A model generated the notes under the pieces. The model made no database searches. It was not told the origin of the DNA and was given only the letters and a program-made list of their open reading frames with translations. The translations under genes and the position numbers were made by a program. Below, piece by piece: positions 1 through 11,209 of a DNA stretch of 64,000 nucleotides (position 1 is the first letter of the stretch; each line of letters starts with the position of its first letter). The stretch comes from Antedon mediterranea (Eukaryota; Animalia; Echinodermata): assembly GCF_964355755.1 (NCBI RefSeq), contig NC_092677.1, positions 8,764,101 through 8,828,100 of the forward strand, read 5' to 3'.

Positions 1-495
1 ATCCCCTTTTCCTTAACTCCAATCCATTTTTTTTTAAATTCTGATCACTGGAAACTGTTGCTTCATTGCCAGTGATGTTCATTTTTTCATTCTTACATTA
101 TAGGTTTTCTCACAAATTAAGCGAACATTTACTTTGTGACGGGTATATCCATTATATGCGATTGCGTCATCAAAATACGATTACGTTTGAAAAAAATGAA
201 TACATCACGTTCCATAATGCAGATGCAGTAAGTAAATATTATATCGATTTTTGTATTTTCTTTACAATATACAGTAATTTATTCTGTTATCTAAACAACA
301 GATTTCATTTTATAATTTCTCAATAGGCCTACTTTCAATACAAATTGTTTAGGTCCACTACACTTTTGTACATGCTTAGTAGAATACAAAATAAAGCCAA
401 GATATGTATAATTTAATGTAATTTATTTATATCCATACACCAGTTTGAATGCACAGTACAAAATATTCAATAAGAACTATTGTCATAATCATTGT

Positions 496-3400
496 TTATA
501 CTGTAATGGGTTTCCTTGCTCTGTCTTCAATTGTTGTCCATGTTGAATAATGTGTCTGAAAACAATGACATTAACATAAATTTATTTAACACTGGTGAAA
601 TACATATTTTATTTTATTTCGGTATAAATAAGTTAAATATAAAAATAGTTTTACCTCAAACGCTGAAGGAAGGGCAATGCCCTGGAACCTGTGAATATAA
701 TCCTATAAAGAGAATAAAATAAAATAATGATACCATACGACTTCATAACAAATTTTATCCCATTTATTAAACAAATTACGATAAATGATAAAGTTTTTCG
801 TTATCTTACCTTCTCTGGATCCTGATCCTCATTCAGCAAATGAGTCTAGAAGATAAATAAAAATATCATTACATAAGAAATCTTGACATTTCAATAATTA
901 AGCTAGCTTCCCTGGTAATCAGCTATTTTATAGCAGACATGATACAAATACCACCATGTTGGTGCATGTTGCTTCATTGAGATTGAATCCAAGGTTGGTG
1001 GGAATGAGTACAAAGTCCACTCAACGAACTGACCATTCAATACAGTTACATCCAAGTAGGGTAAAACATCTGACCAATGAGAAAGGGTGGAAGGGTGTTA
1101 TATGCATACTTACAGAAATTCTATATTTATATTTTAATTGAGTACTGTATTAGTTTATAATTGAATGTAGAGTTGATGGAAGTCATAACCATACCTTAGT
1201 AAATGAAAACCTGTGAATTGCCATAGCCTGCGTATTTGGAACCATAGGGCCATCACAAAGGTCAATAAACTTTCCTAATCTGTATAATGTTAAGTTATCT
1301 GTGTTCTTTTTTTCAACTTCTGAGGTTTTATACCTAAATGAAAATTTAGCAAATATAACATTAGTTGTATGAATAGTGTTTTGATAATAGAAAATAAACA
1401 GAACAAAAATCATGCGCATGTTAAGTGTCGTTTCAATTCATTTTCTGAAAGAAATTATTATTGTAAATTAAAGATGTATTGTCCCTTGAAACACAAAAAA
1501 ATGAAGCTCAAAATATTCTAAATTTAAATTGGTCATATCTAAGTAATATTAAAGTTATTCACTTTAAGTTGAAAATTCGAGCCAAAAACAAGTTTAATTT
1601 GACATTTCGTCTGGAAAATCGTCAGGAGCGAAAGTAAACAAAGATTTCAACCATGAGTATGCATTATGCATGATGCTAATTAAGATTGTTCACAACTCTT
1701 CACAGTTGAGAAGGTCTTTTCACACAGATCGCGAGGAAGTTTTACGATTATGCATACAGAGTAGCCAAATCAGCACGTTGCATTATGAGATATGTTTTGA
1801 TCGAAAACTTTGACTGGAAGTCAAAGTTATTTTTTCAACCCAAATACGTCCGTATTTCAGTTAAATGATTTTTTTTTCGACTAATTTTAGGTAACTATTA
1901 TGATACTTTAAAAATTACCCACTTTTTTTCAAAATCTTTTATTTTTTATTTTTTTGGAATTAGAGACAATACATCTTTAAGGAAAACTATTTTAAATTAA
2001 GGAATACTATTTTGACCATGTATAGTTCCAGAGTGCCTGGATACAAAATTTGGCTGGTGGGACTATACCATTGCATTACCTTTATATTTATCAAAGTCTT
2101 TTCTCTCCGAATTTAGCCTAACTTAGAAGGGGGGATTATATTTGAACATAGGCTGATATTCAGTCATATATGGTATAACCCTCTTGTTTTCAGAACATTG
2201 TGATTGAAAATAGAAGGTACTTTAAAACATACTCATTTCCTTCAAATAGTGTAATAGCAAATTCACTGGGAACCTCAAGTCGTTCAAATGGTACCCTGCT
2301 TTCAATCAGCCTGTATGCTTGACGATTTAACATTAAAAGTTCATCATATGTAGGCCGCCAATGAAACGGAAGAGAAACATCATACGCAAAACAGCCTGTG
2401 GACACTAGAATGAAATAATGATATATTAAAATGCTGATATTAGTTGTTTTTTTTTGTGACCATATTTAATGAGGGTCATCCATCCAGCAATTGCTAATCA
2501 TTAGGGACCCTCAGAGTTTCACAAGACGACCATATACACAAGATGCTCTACATAAAAAAAGTCAAGTCTTTGGGGGTGGAGTTGTAATTTTGTCCTATAG
2601 TTTATACTTTATAAATACTGACATGTGACGGACTTCAACCCAGGACCCTTGGAGTGGTAACCAAGCATCATAACCACCAGTTAACTCTTCGGAAACTAGA
2701 ATCTCTTCTAAATTACTGCAGTAATCCTACAAAAGTCTTTCTTTGACCATCCTAGTGTTTCATTACTGCATTGATCCAAAAGATAGTCTAAATATTTATA
2801 GTCATCTCTGCCTGATTACTGCAGTAATTCCATTATTATTCTAAGTCTTTCTAGTAATCCAAGTGCATCATTACTGTCAAGCAAGAACCCATTACTGCAG
2901 TAATGTCACAGATTCTTCCTAAGAACAATCTATATACCTGATAGGTCTGGTTTATGCACAGCTTTGATGTCAATTGTGTCTTTAAATGCAGTGTGCAATA
3001 TAGCACCCATTAAATGGCCACATCCTTTCCAAAATGCCTATAAATAAAGAAAACATTTATAAAATTACACTTTAAAGGGAGATACATTTTACATTGATAT
3101 TCATTTGAAAGATAGATTACCTTTAAAGGAAAATTAACTTAAATTAAATTTTAAATTGACTATAATTTTAAATGGGGATTCAAATTAAATAGAGATTCAA
3201 TTTTAAAGGGGATTCAATTTGAAGGGAAATACATTTTACCTTGTTGATTTCCTCAACATCATCATCTTTAAAGGTAAGAAACTTTACATCACAATCTTCT
3301 AGCAATGGTCGGTGCATGTGCCATGGCTCGCCATTTACAAGAGCTAAGCCAGTTGCAGATAGGTATGTTGCATTCAAGTCTGAAATACCAAAAGTGGAGT

Positions 3401-4161
3401 AAATACGTTATGTTTGATAGGATGTGTTGCTTGGTTTTTTTTCAGAGGGTTGCTGTGTGTTCAAATCTATTATTACTGTTTATAAAAAAGAAAACCGTAA
3501 TAAAAGAAAATAATAGTATTAATAGTAATAATTAGTAATAATTTTCAAATTAATTAATCTCCTAATTTAGTTTGAAATAAATATCTTACGCATTGCACAA
3601 TGATATGGTGTTGAGAGTTTCTTGTTCATTACAAATGTACATCTGTCATTTGGTCCAACGTGTTGGACTTTAATCTTCTCGATGCGTTTCACCTTCTGTA
3701 GTTGACGGTTCGCTTCTTCATTATATAGCTTGTTTTGCCTGCTGACATGTTCTGGAGTTGTTTGTTTGGCAGCATTTGTTGAACATCCTTTTCATATGTA
3801 TTAAATAAGTATCAAAATAAATCATTAAATTAAACATTTTTTAATTGTTTCAAATTGGCTCTTACGTCTTAGAAAGAAGATTATATTAAGTATGCATTTA
3901 GGTACTAGTTGCTTGCCTAGCTCTAATATAATAATAGGTGGCATGTGTACGAGTTGGGTTAGGGTACGAGCTGACCAGCACCCGGGGTGAGATCACCCAC
4001 TGCCCTCCAATGCATGGACTTAAACTCAGCCACCATCACACTAACTAGCCTAGCCTAGGCTTTATCTAGATTTTCTAGCATCTCAGGCTCTGGAAACGAA
4101 TTGAAAACTCACCCCGACAAGACACATAACATGCACGGCTAAGAAGCACAGATTTGTTCAT
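496..4161 (-). CDS. MRPL39: 39S mitochondrial ribosomal protein L39 (9 coding exons)
   Basis: Approximate exons 4161-4113, 3787-3590, 3379-3240, 3037-2938, 2404-2235, 1334-1195, 846-811, 702-655 and 555-496, with GT-AG boundaries. The spliced protein MNKSVLLSRACYVSCR... RIEKIKVQHVG..FVMNKKLSTPYHCAMHL ..ALVNGEPWHMHRPL ..AFWKGCGHLMG ..LYRLGKFIDLCDGPMV ..HRFQGIALP ..WTTIEDRARK matches the ThrRS TGS/SAD-like MRPL39 family. Confidence 0.93.
1472..1976. mobile_element. Kolobok-type non-autonomous DNA transposon (MITE) in MRPL39 intron
   Basis: TTAA|AGATGTATTGTCCC ... GAGACAATACATCT|TTAA: AG..CT termini, a terminal inverted repeat (TIR) and a TTAA target-site duplication (TSD). Related ends occur at ~5560-5580 and 49546-49996. 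Confidence 0.8.
2495..2690 (-). mobile_element. tRNA-derived SINE copy (same family as 34975-35215)
   Basis: Shares ACACAAGATGCTCTACATAAA..GTGGAGTTGTAA..CCCAGGACCCTT..CCAAGCATCATAACCAC with 35053-35192. The minus strand has A/B-box-like tRNA head sequence. Confidence 0.6.
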
Positions 4162-4415
4162 GTTATTATTTTATATTTTAACAAAATGTAAGCAAGTTTT
4201 ACACACAATATAACTCAGGGAAGAAACATGTTTCCTTTTTATATGAACTTTGACATGGTCATGGTCTATTGACTTGGGGGCGCTATATTCCTTGGTAACT
4301 AGATAAATAAAAGAGATCGCGAAACTATTGAGGCCTAGCAACTACCGATTGTAGAAGTTATTGTTCGTGTTTATGGTAGAATTTCATAGACATTAGATAC
4401 TTATAATAATACAAA
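4162..4415. promoter_or_regulatory. Compact bidirectional promoter region MRPL39/CFAP45 with X-box (RFX)-like sites
   Basis: Divergent ATGs at 4161 (-) and 4416 (+). CCTTGGTAAC (4290-4299) and CCTAGCAAC (4334-4342) resemble RFX X-box half-sites typical of ciliary genes. Confidence 0.6.
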
Positions 4416-7400
4416 ATGGTAAGTAGATGTTTTACACATAACATTAATTCTATATATAAGCTTTTTAACTCATGTATTGTGCTGAATTAGACGATTGCAG
4501 CCAGGCCTGCTGCTGCTGGATGATCTGCTCTCTCAGACATGTGATGTGCGAGTTGTTAAGGTTTCCGCCGATAGCCGAGGATAGCCTAGTAGGCCTAGGC
4601 TTGCATATAAACCTACTGATAGCTAATAACGTTGATCTTGAATAATACCAATTTGATGGATCATATTTAAACACCAAATTAGGCCTAGTCTAGGGCCTAG
4701 GCCTAGATATTATTATTGATTAGGCCTAGGCTAGGCTATATAGGCCTAGCCTAGGCCTAGGCTAGATATATTACACAATTTGTTTTATAAAAAAATAAAA
4801 TGTTTATTTTATTCCCTACCTAGCCCTAGGCTAGGCCTACCTTTAACTTTATTATTTCAGATTCAGTATTAACAGTATTATAAATTTTATTAAACAATCA
4901 TTCTTTATTCCAGTCTCGTAGTATGATAAGTTCCATAGGCTCCTCATCCAGTGCCGGATCAAGGCGAGCCAAAACCCGACAGTATTACACCGTCAGCAAA
5001 ACATCCAATGTTGACGAATCATTATTTGCAGCGAAACCGCAGCAAGCTCAAAGACAACGTAGTGCACCTGAACTCACATCTGATATTTTCTCAAATGGTT
5101 CGTCCAACAGAAGAACCAGACATTCAAATAATAAATCAAAGGAGGAGGTCCAGGTTATTACCAAAGATCTGATTAGAAAACTTATGTAAGTTTAAACACA
5201 AATTATTCCAAACCACATAAACATGTTCAGGCAGATCTAAGATTGTTTAAACTTAAATTTTGTTTCTACTGTTATAATTTGTTTCAGAGTACCAAAGGAA
5301 GATCCCTCAGGAAAATCGGTAATTCTTCCCCAAAATGAATTTTTTCGAATTCTTGGTAAATCGCATGTAATGACTGAAGAAGAAAGATATGCTGAATACA
5401 ATGCACGTAAAAGAGAAAAGCAGGACATTCTGGTAAGGATACCCATTTTTGTTTTTGTGTGAACCAATTTTTGGATTTCAGGTCAAGTCTTTTTTTTTTA
5501 TCCAATTTTTGATCAAAGTGAATAAATATTATCTGACATTGAAATGGCATATTCAACAAAGGGGGACAATATATCTTTAATGGAAATAAAATGCCATTTC
5601 TGTAAACCAACAGTTTCCATTGAAAACAAAAACTAATAACATTTTACATTATGAATCCAAAATGCAGTATACCCTGCATAACCTCCTTGCCTGTCCATAA
5701 AAATCTTGTATGAGGCTTAGCTAGTGACCATGTTTTGGCTGTTGAGTTGTTGATGTGTTCACTGTATTTTTACATTATGTTGTCAGGAGGCCAGTGCAGC
5801 TGTTAAGAATGAACTGCGAACATTAGACAAAAACAAAAAGAAGAATGAAAAACTCAACGAGCTGGAGGAAGAAGCACAAAAGCAGGCTGAGTATTTGCTG
5901 GAGAAAGCGAGGGAACAACGAGAGGAACAAGAAGATGACATAAAAAGATTAAATGAGGTTTGTGTTCTCTAAAAGATTTATTGAAAAACTCAGTTAGACT
6001 CTGACATATGATATGTTGATGTAGTAAAAACTATTAATTAACAATGAGAGTGTAGTTAACAGTAAGTAATTAGGCAAAACTTATGGGGCAATAAAACAAT
6101 TTTTTAAGAAAGACAGAAAAGAGGAAATAATGAAAAAATTAGAACATTTTCCGTACTTCATTATCATGTTAAAATATAATCAATAGATGAATGAAACAAC
6201 TATTATTGTTCTCATGGCTAGGGATGTTATTAGGTATAATGACTGAGTGATTGGTTGATATAATAATAATAATATTCTTTATAGCCGATAATTTATTGAA
6301 GCTTTAAATTAGAATTTTTCTTTCATTTTTGGAGCCAAAACAAATAATTATTTATTAGATTGTCGTTATTATCAGTTAATTAGACTTTACAAAATATCAT
6401 CTAAGAATTATCATCATTAAGCAGGACTATTATATTTCAATAGTTGATACTAAATGCTAAGTGTCATGCCATTCGAGATGCCCAGTTATTGGAGAAAGAT
6501 CAAATTAAAACAGAAATGGCTGAAGAAGAAAGAAGACTGGATGACATGATGGAAATGGAGAGACAGGATGCGCTGCTGCTGCAAGAAGAAATTGAAAACC
6601 AGAGGAAAATGGAAAAATATGAGTGAGTTGTTTGAAACAAAAGTTATTAACTGTTTAATACTAGCATGTCATTCAACGATAGCTACTTTCGTCAATGATG
6701 AATATTTTATTTTAGCTGACTTATGTGATTTTAGTATTTATTTTTTGTAAGCAAAGTTTCTTTTAATCTTAGCAAGCGCTTCTGTTACAGTAAATTAGTG
6801 TAATTTATTATATAAATCCAAAAAAAATGACAATGCTGTGGGTATCACAGACTGGATCTCAATGGAGATACAAAAAAGCGAAAAGCTAAATCAAAAAACG
6901 ATAAGTAAAACAGCCAGAAAAGTTAGAGCTTTCGAGCAACACTACACTAGCCCTTCTTCAGTACAAGTGTAATTTATTATATATAAATAAGTTGAACATA
7001 AAATATTGCACTTACTGTATATTGTTTGTTATGAACAAGGAAGTCCCATTCAAATTGTGTGTACTTACAATAAATAATACAAGACAAATTCCAAATCCTT
7101 AACTTAATACTCCAAAGATAATAATACATAGTGGGGGAGATGCAACAAATTACCATCTACTTGTTTATTAAATATACAATGAAAGTGGAAATTGAATTAG
7201 TTTGAAATAAACTGTACAGTGCTGTTTTAATGTGACATGGGTTGTTTATTATTATTTCTAAGAAAAGTTTGATTGATACTTTTACACTAATGCAATAACA
7301 AATGAAATTATTATGATTTATTTTACCAGAGGTGCAGCTAAAGTGTTGAAGCAAATTGCTAGCAGGGAAGAAGAGAGATTACTGGACCAAGAGAAAAAGG

Positions 7401-9721
7401 ATCAAGAAGCTCAACAGATGTTGCGATATCTTGAAAAACTTCAGATGGAAGATATTGAGGTAAGCAACGGACTTTGAACTTTGAAATGCTACGAGGCTTT
7501 AATTAGTGTCATTCTTTATTAATGTGTAGTCGCACAAAGGGCTGTAATGAGATCGACTGGGTTAACCAATGTCCACCACCTGTAACTTTGGCCCAGATCC
7601 AGTTATTATAAGAATAACTTTTAGTAAAAATAATAATACATTTGAATACTGTACCAAATTAAATCAAATTAGTTTGAATAAGTCTTCTGTTGTATACAAA
7701 CACAACATTGTAAAGTCTGATAAGATAAGGTAAGATTTATAAAGCGCACATATCCACAAAGTTCTCATGGCGCTTGTGAAAACCATGAAAAAGACTAACC
7801 TTAACACTAAAATCAACTAAAACATTTGCAAAAAAAACGGAATAAAAGCAGACAAATCGAACCCACATTACTGCTTCTGTTTACCGGCAATTTAAGGTGC
7901 ACAGACCTGCCAGTACATTACTCACATGTGTTCTCAGTATGTGGGTATCTAGCTAAACAATAACCTTACAAATTTCCAAATCAAATGTGTCCAAATTTCA
8001 AAATGTGTCTTAAGCGCACTCTTGAACACATCAGTAGATCTAATATGGGATGATAATGCATTCCAAAGACAAGGTGCTGCAACAACAAGTAAGCTGTTGC
8101 AGACTACTAGATTTAAAATTCCGAGTCTGTGTATTAAAATCTTCTTCTAGGGATTGGAACGTAAACGAACAATCCAATTGGAGGCCCAACGAGAGATACA
8201 ACGAGCTAATGAAGAACAAGAAGTTATGAAATTGCGTAAAGTAGAACAGGAACAGATGGCAGACCACAAAGTAATCGAGTACCAAAAACAGAAATCAGAG
8301 AGAGAGGCTAAATTTGAGGCAGAGCAAGAACTCAAGCGAATCGAGAAAGAAAAGGAAATCGCAAGACTAAGAGCAATGCAGGTACAATTCCAATCTTTCA
8401 TAGAGTGTTGTAATGCTGTTGTGTTTCTGTTTACTATACTGTGACTGTACGGCTTTGGTTAAAGAAATGAAAAAACTAATTCATCACAAGTTACTCCTCA
8501 CAACATTAATTCCACAATTGATTAAATTAAATGATAGTAGATTTATTCTCTACCTTTAAGCAACACTCATTTTTTATCCTTTCTTTATACATAACAGGAA
8601 CGTGCGAAGGATTACCAGGCAGAAAAAGATACTTTAAGAGCTAAACGTAACCAGGAACAACGAGAAAGAGAGTGGCGCAAGAAGGAACGAGAAATGGCTA
8701 TCAAAAAGGCAGAAAACGAACAAATGCTGAAAGTAGCACGTGAGATTCAAGTTCGTAATAAAGACCATTTCTTAGCAGTTCAGGCACAGCGAGAAAGAGC
8801 TGAATTTGAAAGAGTTCTCAAGTAAGTGTTTCAACATAACTTTTAAGAATTTATTCCTTATTGTTTAAAGTATATTCCTGTTTATTAACATAAAACAAAG
8901 TTTGTACAAGTTTTAGAGAGTTATGGAAACATTTTACCAACGTAGAATATTAATTTTCTGAAGAAACATTTAAAATTTTTAAATATTTACATTTTTGGTT
9001 TTTAATTATGGAAATTGTTTTCTCTGAAAGTGTAATGAACCTGTACCTTTATAGGTTTTGTAGTGTATTCCAGAGATGATCAAACTTTGCCAAGATGTAG
9101 AGAAATGATACTGTTTTATTTACCTATGAGCTCATCATGAGCTTAATTTATATTAATTTGTTAGTACTTACTACATTTGAAAGTTTTCTTTTTGACCCAT
9201 GACATAATAATACGCCAAGAGTGTCATTTGCTTGGTTCTTCTGATTTCATTGGTGAAAACATAATATGTAATTCAGTACCTTTATATTTCATTGTTCAGT
9301 GCCCAGCATTCCGCTATGGAGAAGGAGAAGAAAGCTGAAGTACAGGCGCATGGCAAACAGCGTGTTTACGCTGAAGATGTCCGTTTGCAAATTCAAGAGA
9401 AAGAGGCTCTGAAGATATCGGAAAGAAACGCATTCTTTAAAGAGGGAATTAAAATAAACGAGAAAGCACAACAAAGACGGGCTAAGCTTGATGCCATTAA
9501 ACAGAAGAAACTAAGTGAATTAAGGTTAGTACTGAGAAATAACTTTAGTGTTATATAAATAAGGAATGAATAGGAATTTTCTTTTGTGCAAAGGTCCGGT
9601 TTCCTTCCTTTCTTTTATACTATTATATTTTTTCTTTCCCCAAAACAGAGCTGTTGGTGTACCAGCGAAATATTGCAACGAGGTAGCTAGGAGGATAGAA
9701 GTACCTCCCCCAACGTTGTAA
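4416..9721 (+). CDS. CFAP45: Cilia- and flagella-associated protein 45 (CCDC19/NESG1), 10 coding exons
   Basis: ATG|gtaagt at 4416-4418 splices in frame to 4914 (MSRSMISSIG...). Further exons at ~4914-5185, 5289-5432, 5787-5957, 6444-6622, 7330-7459, 8151-8381, 8598-8821, 9299-9523 and 9649-9721. Diagnostic motifs: VDESLF, VQVITKDLIRKL, LNELILNAKCHAIRDAQLLEK, EKEKEIARLRAMQERAKD, ELRAVGVPAKYCNEV. Confidence 0.93.
6815..6965 (-). mobile_element. Short Penelope-like retroelement fragment with hammerhead-ribozyme core
   Basis: Flanked by an 18-bp direct repeat AGTGTAATTTATTATATA (6797-6814 and 6966-6983). The minus strand reads CTGAAGA-A-GGGC-N12-GCTC-GAAA-GCTC. Confidence 0.6.
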
Positions 9722-9827
9722 AGAAAACCTATTGTGACCTCTACAAAAGTGGGATGTTAAACATGCAAAATATAATTGTACAGCTAGAGTCTTAATAAAA
9801 TATCATTTACAGAAAGAAAAATTATTG

Positions 9828-9985
9828 TATCAGATATACAGATGTCTCACCAGTTTATTGATAGACATATGAGTGTCTCACTAGTTTCAATCAGAATAGA
9901 CATACAGGTGTCTTAAAAGTAAAAATCAGAATAGATATACAGGTGTCTTACCAGTTTTAATCAGAATAGACATACTGATGTCTGT
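9828..9985 (+). repeat. ~35-bp degenerate tandem repeat downstream of the CFAP45 stop (probable 3' UTR)
   Basis: About 5 copies resembling TCAGAATAGACATACAGGTGTCTTACCAGTTTTAA. Confidence 0.7.
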
Positions 9986-10783
9986 TACTAAATAACTTAA
10001 AATGAACATTGTAACTAGCACTACCAGGTTTGCTCTTTATAGATTTTTCATTATCTACCAAAGATTTACTTCAAAGCTTAAAGTATGCCCAACACAACAC
10101 ATGAAAACTTTCTTATGCGATATTAATATTGTGAATCATACATCGCAGCCAATTTGGCTGAAATGCATACAGAGATTTGTTTTTAAAAAAAATCTTAGGT
10201 AATTATACATTCACTTACCTAAAAATATTCATTTTATATTAAGAAAAGTTGCTGTGTAGAGACAAAACAAAATCATTTCATTGTCACTTAGTTTTTCTTC
10301 AGTGATGCTTTACATCATCTTTTTTTATGTTTGTATCTCTGATATTATATCAGAGCCCTTCTTCCAATTAAAATCATATTGATAGATAGGTCATTAAAAT
10401 ACCCCAAAGAAAACAAACTGTACACTTCCAATTCCACAAATAGGTGTTGTCCGTCTCTTCCGTCAACACTCCGGTTCGCAATATTGAAGTTGTAGGCTAC
10501 TGTTCTTACTTCTTAAGTTGTAGGCTACTGTTCTTAATTCTTCCAAGTAAATAAACCTCTATTCTTGACTTGTAAATATTGAATCATCAGGGGCGCAATT
10601 TAGTCTAGCTCTTTATCAATAGATCATCAGATGTACAATACACATGGTTATTTGAAATTATAGCTAAAACGGCATTGGAGTTTAGTTTATTGGTGTTTTT
10701 GTCCAATCCATGAAAACTAATTATACTGTGCATATTACATCTAAAAAAAAAGTAGTAGAGCAATTACAGTGGTAGCTTGCTAA

Positions 10784-10962
10784 AGCTTGGTTCCCACTAG
10801 AACGTAACGCAGGGACGTAAACGCAACGAAAGCGTTTTAACCAATGACAAGCGAAGTTATAGACAGTTAGCAATCACAAGCGAATAAGCCATCGCTTGCG
10901 ATTGGTCAATTCACTTGCGTTGCGTTACGTCCTTGCGTTGCGTCGCTAGTGGGAACTACGCT
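10784..10962. mobile_element. PIF/Harbinger-like MITE
   Basis: TIR AGCTTGGTTCCCACTAG ... CTAGTGGGAACTACGCT with TWA flanks. A near-identical copy is at 48752-48930. Degenerate relatives occur at ~19268-19395, ~48636-48740 and ~62231-62926. Confidence 0.7.
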
Positions 10963-11209
10963 TTATAGTACTGTACATAATGTTACATATTAATATAATA
11001 ATAATTGTTCATGGTTTTACGATTGTTTACGTGAGTTACTGTAAGTAGTTGTTTGGTATCCAATAAAACATATATTACATTTTACTATGCTTGGTGGTAA
11101 TTTGATAAATTGGGGTTTGTGAAGAAGGTGTGTCATTCTCATGTATTTTATTTAGATGAATACATAGGCCTTTTATTATAGGAAGAGTGAAATTACAGGC
11201 AAGAGTCTC

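Noticed and set aside
1468-1980. piggyBac assignment for the TTAA-flanked MITEs
   Set aside because: The termini are AG..CT rather than CC(C/T)..GG, which fits Kolobok.
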